Origin: an uncultured Chloroflexia bacterium
Lineage (GTDB): Bacteria; Chloroflexota; Chloroflexia; Thermomicrobiales; UBA6265
Direction: 5' to 3'
DNA length: 64,000 nt
Assembly: GCA_963724295.1 (NCBI GenBank)
Contig: CAVRUC010000008.1
Span: 224,001 to 288,000, forward strand
Every line of letters begins with the position of its first letter. The stretch's first letter is position 1. This document shows positions 59,610 through 64,000 of the stretch, piece after piece. The position numbers were made by a program, and so were the translations under genes. The notes beneath the pieces are model-generated. The model had not been told where the DNA came from and did no database searches. It saw only the letters and a program-made list of their open reading frames with translations.

Positions 59610-59620
59610 TCGAGATGGCC

Positions 59621-59696
59621 AGTCGGTCAGTCGGTCAGTCGGTCAGTCGGTAAGAACGAGAATAGCCAATAACCGACAGCCAACAGCCAATAGCCC
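59621..59696. repeat. (AGTCGGTC)n octamer tandem followed by (AAYAGCC)n heptamer tandem
   Basis: agtcggtcagtcggtcagtcggtcagtcggtaag ... aatagccaataaccgacagccaacagccaatagcc. Confidence 0.75.
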
Positions 59697-59726
59697 GTTA
59701 CCTTGCCACAAGGAGTACCGAACCGC

Positions 59727-61538
59727 ATGAGTGCCACGATCACCGCCGTTCCGCCTCGCGCCGAGGTTCCCGTCGAGGAGACGTGGGCGCTGGAGACTGT
59801 CTTTGCCACGGATGAGGCGTGGGAAGAGGCATTCGATCGCAGTGGAGATCGGCTCCGCGCGGTGGAGGCGTTTCGGGGGCGCGTCGGAGAGGGCCCGGCC
59901 ACGCTGCTTGCCGCGTTGCGTGCGGCCGACGACCTCACCGAGGCTGTCTGGAAGGTCCTGGTCTTCGCCCTCCTGCGCCGCTCCGAGGATGCGACAAACA
60001 CGCACGCCGGAGAGATGGCCGACCGCGCTATCGGGCTGGCATCGCGCGCCGATGCGGCTAACTCCTTCCTGGGACCGGAGATCGCCGCCCTTTCCGACGC
60101 AACCATCGCCGGTTGGATTGGCCAGGAGCCGGGGCTCGAACCGTACCGGCACGCGCTGGAGCGGATTTGCCGGCTGCGGTCGCACATTCGCTCGGTCGAG
60201 GTCGAAGAGATCCTGGCGCGGGCCGGCGAGGTGGCCGCCGCCTCCGAGATCACTCAGGGCGTGCTGGAAGATGGGGAGCTGCCGCTAGGGCAGATCACCG
60301 ACGAGACCGGGCAAACCGTGCGGCTGGCGCAGGGAAACCTCAGCCGCTTCCTCGATTCGGCCGACCGCCGCGTGCGGCAGGAAGCCTGGGAGCAGTCGGC
60401 CGACGCCTACCTTGCTTTCCGCAATACGTTCGCTGCCACCCTGGCCGGCGCGGTCAAGCGTGACGTCTTCTACGCCCGCGCGCGCGGCTACGACTCGTCA
60501 CTGCAAGCGGCGCTGGCCGACGACAATATCCCGACTGCCGTCTTTTACAACCTCGTCGACACCGTCTGGAAGCACTTCCCGGTCTGGCATCGCTACTTCA
60601 GCGTCCGCCGCCGCCTGCTCGGTCTTCCGGAGGGCGATCTGCACGGCTACGACCTGGAAGCTCCTCTCACCGAACAGCCGAGCTTTCCCTGGGAATCAGG
60701 CGTGCAAACCATCCTGGCTTCGCTCGCGCCGCTGGGTCCTGACTATGTCGACGAAGTTCGCCGCGGGATGGCGGAGCGCTGGACCGACCGCTGCGCCAAT
60801 CTCGGTAAGGGAGGAGGCGCCTTCTCCTCCGGGACGTTCGGCACCGAGCCCTTCATTTCCATGACCTGGCACAACAACCTCACCAGCGTCTCTACCCTCG
60901 CACACGAGCTCGGCCACTCCATGCACTCCCTGCTGACCTGGCGGAATCAGCCCGTGACCTACGCCAGCTATGGGATGTCGGCGGCGGAGACAGCATCCAA
61001 CCTCAACCAGGCATTGATGGGCGCGCACCTGCTGGCCGAGCGGAGTGACCGGGATTGGACGATCGCGGTGATCGAGGAGCGCATGGCGAACTACATGCGC
61101 TACCTCTTTACGATGCCAATTCTGGCTCGCTTCGAGCTGGCCGCGCACGAGCGGGTGGAAGCGGGAGGCGCCCTCTCCGCGGATTGGATGAGTCAGACGC
61201 TGCTTGGGTTCTACCGGGAAGGGTACGGGCGGGAGGTCGTCGTCGACCCGGCGCGGATGGGAATCACCTGGGCGCGCTTCTCGCACTTGTTCATGAACTT
61301 CTACGTCTTCCAGTACGGCATCGGCATCTCCGCCGCGGCAGCGCTTTCGGAGGCAATCCTCACCGAGGGCGAACCGGCGCGGGAGCGATACCTCGCCTTC
61401 TTGCGCGCCGGCGGCTCCGTCGACCCGATCGTCGCCCTGCGCGACGCCGGCGTCGACATGGCCTCCCCCGAACCGATCGAGCGCGCCTTTGACTTGTTGA
61501 GCGGCTACGTCGATCGGCTGGAGGCGTTTGTGCCGTAG
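59727..61538 (+). CDS. pepF: Oligoendopeptidase F (M3B)
   Basis: Motifs ETWALETVF, TLAHELGHSMHS, AETAS and WARFSHLF.NFYVFQY. Confidence 0.88.
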   Translation: MSATITAVPPRAEVPVEETWALETVFATDEAWEEAFDRSGDRLRAVEAFRGRVGEGPATLLAALRAADDLTEAVWKVLVFALLRRSEDATNTHAGEMADRAIGLASRADAANSFLGPEIAALSDATIAGWIGQEPGLEPYRHALERICRLRSHIRSVEVEEILARAGEVAAASEITQGVLEDGELPLGQITDETGQTVRLAQGNLSRFLDSADRRVRQEAWEQSADAYLAFRNTFAATLAGAVKRDVFYARARGYDSSLQAALADDNIPTAVFYNLVDTVWKHFPVWHRYFSVRRRLLGLPEGDLHGYDLEAPLTEQPSFPWESGVQTILASLAPLGPDYVDEVRRGMAERWTDRCANLGKGGGAFSSGTFGTEPFISMTWHNNLTSVSTLAHELGHSMHSLLTWRNQPVTYASYGMSAAETASNLNQALMGAHLLAERSDRDWTIAVIEERMANYMRYLFTMPILARFELAAHERVEAGGALSADWMSQTLLGFYREGYGREVVVDPARMGITWARFSHLFMNFYVFQYGIGISAAAALSEAILTEGEPARERYLAFLRAGGSVDPIVALRDAGVDMASPEPIERAFDLLSGYVDRLEAFVP

Positions 61539-61556
61539 CGCTTGCGACGCCTCCAA

Positions 61557-62918
61557 TCAGGCGGTCGCTGGTCTCTGCGCTCCGGACTCTCCCAGTTTTT
61601 CGAGGAGCAGCGTCTCGGCGACGATCATCCGCTCTAGCTCGCCCAGGTCGAGGCTCTCGTTGGCGGCGTGGACCTGAGAGCGCTCGTCGCCGGGTCCCCA
61701 GACGACGAACTCGGCGTCCGGGGCCAGCCGCTGCAGAGTAGTCAGCAATGGGATGGTGCCGCCGGAGCCGGTTACTTTTGGTTCGGTCTCGAACGCCTCG
61801 GCGGCTGCCTGCCGCGCGGCGGCGAAAACCGGGCCGTCCGTCTTCCCCATGAAGGCGTCGCCGGTGTGCACCGGCACGGTGACCACCTCGACACCCCACG
61901 GCGCGGATGCGTGGAGATGCTCCATCAGCAGCCGCACCGACTCCTCGGGATCCGAGCCCGGCGCGATGCGTAGCGAGACACGCGCTTTCGCCTCGGGGAT
62001 GAGGCTGTTGGAGGCGCCCTCGGTCGGCGGGGCATCGAGCCCGATGACCGTCACCGACGGTTTGGCCCAGAGACGCGAGGCGAGCGTCCCCGTGCCCATC
62101 AGCCCGACCCCGGGAAGCACGCCAGCCGCCGCCCGAAAGTCGTCCTCCGGGATGCCACCGCCCTCCCATTCGAACCGGGTGAGACCGGGGATGGCCACGT
62201 CGCCGTACTCGTCGAGCAGGTCGTCCAGGATGCGGATCAGCGCCATCAGGGCGTCCGGTGCGGCGCCACCGTAGGCGCCGGAGTGAGCCATCCCCTTGAG
62301 CGAGCGCACGGTGACGTCGCAGGCGGCGATGCCGCGCAGCGCGGCTGTCAGCTCGGGCTCACCCGCCTTCATGTTGCCGCCGTCGTTGATGACGAAGGCG
62401 TCACAGCGCACCAGGCTAGGGTTGGCGGCGACGAGTCTCTCCAGATTGCTCCCCGTCTCCTCCTCACCTTCCATCAGCACCCGGATCCCCACCGGCGGCT
62501 CACCGCCGAACAGGCGCAGCGCGGTGGCGATGATCATCACACCGGACTTGTCGTCGGATGCCCCGCGGCCGTACATCCGCCCGTCGCGAATCTCCGGCTC
62601 GAACGGATCCATGTCCCACCCCTGCTCCAGGGGTGCGGGCTGGATGTCGTAGTGGGCATAGAGCAGGATCGTGGGTGCGCCGGGAGGGGCCGGGATCTCG
62701 GCGTAGACGGCGGGGTAGCCCCCAGGCACGTCGAGCAGCCGCGCGCCGGGAACCCCGTAACGGTGCAGCAGATCCACGACCGCCTCCGCCGTCTGCATGA
62801 CCGGCTCGGAAGGAAAGCCGGGGAAGGCGCAGGACGGAATGCGGACCAGGGCGGCGAGGTCTTCGGTCACGTCCGCCATGATCCCCTCGGCGAGCGTGCG
62901 GACGGTATCGACCGGCAT
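61557..62918 (-). CDS. M20/M25/M40 metallo-hydrolase (dipeptidase-like)
   Basis: Motifs LLYAHYDIQP, YGRGASDDKSG, EGEEETGS, HSGAYGG, GSGGTIP and HAANES. Confidence 0.92.
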   Translation of the reverse strand: MPVDTVRTLAEGIMADVTEDLAALVRIPSCAFPGFPSEPVMQTAEAVVDLLHRYGVPGARLLDVPGGYPAVYAEIPAPPGAPTILLYAHYDIQPAPLEQGWDMDPFEPEIRDGRMYGRGASDDKSGVMIIATALRLFGGEPPVGIRVLMEGEEETGSNLERLVAANPSLVRCDAFVINDGGNMKAGEPELTAALRGIAACDVTVRSLKGMAHSGAYGGAAPDALMALIRILDDLLDEYGDVAIPGLTRFEWEGGGIPEDDFRAAAGVLPGVGLMGTGTLASRLWAKPSVTVIGLDAPPTEGASNSLIPEAKARVSLRIAPGSDPEESVRLLMEHLHASAPWGVEVVTVPVHTGDAFMGKTDGPVFAAARQAAAEAFETEPKVTGSGGTIPLLTTLQRLAPDAEFVVWGPGDERSQVHAANESLDLGELERMIVAETLLLEKLGESGAQRPATA

Positions 62919-62997
62919 AGTTCCCCTCTCAATCACGTGAGGACGAATTCCCGGAGGTTGTATAGCAGGACGCGGGCCGCAATGGATCGCTCGTGCC

Positions 62998-63702
62998 TCA
63001 ATCGAAAAAATGCATCCTGAGGTCCCGGAAGCGCTCCAGGACGAGCAGTTTTCCTGGTCCGGCTTCGCCGTTGATGTCCTGATGCTCCAGCCGCCAGGTG
63101 GCGTGGTGCGGAATGAACACCGCGTTGAGCCCGATCGCCAATGCCGGGTTGATATCCGACTTCGGCGAGTTGCCGATCATCCAGGTCCGCGCCGGATCGA
63201 CCTCCAGCTGCGCCACGAGACTCTGATAGGCCGCGGCGTCCTTCTCCGGAACGACGGCGGCATGCCGGAAATAGCTTCCTAATCCGGAGCGGTCGATCTT
63301 CATCCGTTGTTCCTCGGGATGGCCCTTCGTCATCAGGGTGAGATCGTGCCGCTCGGCGAGGAGGGCGAGCGTTTCCTCGACACCGTCGATCAGCTCGATC
63401 GGCTGAGACAGGATCCGCTCGCCGAAGGCCATGACCGTGCGCAGGTCGTCCTCGGCAATATCGCGCTCGGCCAGGTGCTCGTAACAGCGGACCAGGTTGC
63501 GGCTGAAAGCAGCCGAGCCGTAGCCCTGAGCTCCGAAGTTCGCCTGCTCGATCTCATCGAGGACGGTCCGAGCCTCTTCTCGCGTCAGCGTCGAATGGGC
63601 CAGGAAATCGAGGAAATCCTCGATGGCCCGCTCGAAGTGGATGTTGTTCTCCCAGAGGGTGTCGTCCGCGTCCAAGATGAGATGGTGGCGCCCTGATATC
63701 AC
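62998..63702 (-). CDS. HAD-superfamily hydrolase
   Basis: Motifs LDADDTLWEN, MTKG, EKD and MIGNSPKSDINPA. Confidence 0.9.
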   Translation of the reverse strand: MISGRHHLILDADDTLWENNIHFERAIEDFLDFLAHSTLTREEARTVLDEIEQANFGAQGYGSAAFSRNLVRCYEHLAERDIAEDDLRTVMAFGERILSQPIELIDGVEETLALLAERHDLTLMTKGHPEEQRMKIDRSGLGSYFRHAAVVPEKDAAAYQSLVAQLEVDPARTWMIGNSPKSDINPALAIGLNAVFIPHHATWRLEHQDINGEAGPGKLLVLERFRDLRMHFFD

Positions 63703-64000
63703 TAGTGACAGTCGCCGACTCCCCTATCGCGGTGCGCTTTCGAGCCGGCGGTCACGAAGCGCCAGCTATAGTCCCCAGCTCGAAGTCTCAGTTTGAGGAT
63801 GCCCGCCGTGCCGGTGATGCGAACCTCGCTGTTGTGCTCCGGTGGCCCGAATCCGGAGAAGCTCGCTCCACCCGTGCCGACGATGAATTGGCGAATCCCT
63901 CGCGATGGGTCCGCGTCGCCCGTCGGATCCTGGGGAGCGAATCGCTCATAGTTATGCTCATGCCCCGACAGCACAATATCGGCTCCATACTCGTAGAGTG
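63702..64000 (-). CDS. Calcineurin-like metallophosphoesterase, C-terminal part (partial)
   Basis: Motifs LSGHEHNYERF and GIRQFIVGTGG; the ORF runs off the window end. Confidence 0.85.
   Translation of the reverse strand, partial: LYEYGADIVLSGHEHNYERFAPQDPTGDADPSRGIRQFIVGTGGASFSGFGPPEHNSEVRITGTAGILKLRLRAGDYSWRFVTAGSKAHRDRGVGDCH

Overview
High-GC (roughly two-thirds G+C by eye) bacterial chromosomal window. It is most likely a Thermomicrobiales (Chloroflexota) genome; this is inferred from the recurring 'AQDATP/AQDASP' motif after signal peptides and the 'MDxxxFDALTRRL...SRRR' leader. Most of it is metabolic and transport genes: an aldo/keto reductase, an LLM oxidoreductase, a DUF3618/phage-holin-family triad, a sugar ABC transporter with GntR, a TPP riboswitch-thiG-tenI/thiS operon, glgE, an MFS pump, hsp20, an aminotransferase/M20/GlnA-like/amidohydrolase cluster, a LIV-type ABC transporter, a peptide ABC transporter with pepF, and several peptidases. 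I saw no tRNA, rRNA, CRISPR array or transposase. About eight single-base frameshifts in otherwise intact genes point to long-read indel errors. The most notable signals are: (1) a NYN/PIN ribonuclease gene preceded by a promoter, a ~65-nt two-hairpin RNA and an intrinsic terminator, an architecture like an RNA-antitoxin or attenuator system; (2) an in-frame TenI-ThiS fusion with an internal ribosome-binding site; (3) a BTAD-ATPase-TPR regulator whose neighbouring secreted Ca-binding genes share an ACTAAT-N5-ACTAAT-N10-TAnnnT promoter motif; (4) an RNHCP gene with a uORF and a long leader; (5) several intergenic repeat families, including a 27-bp-period hairpin array.
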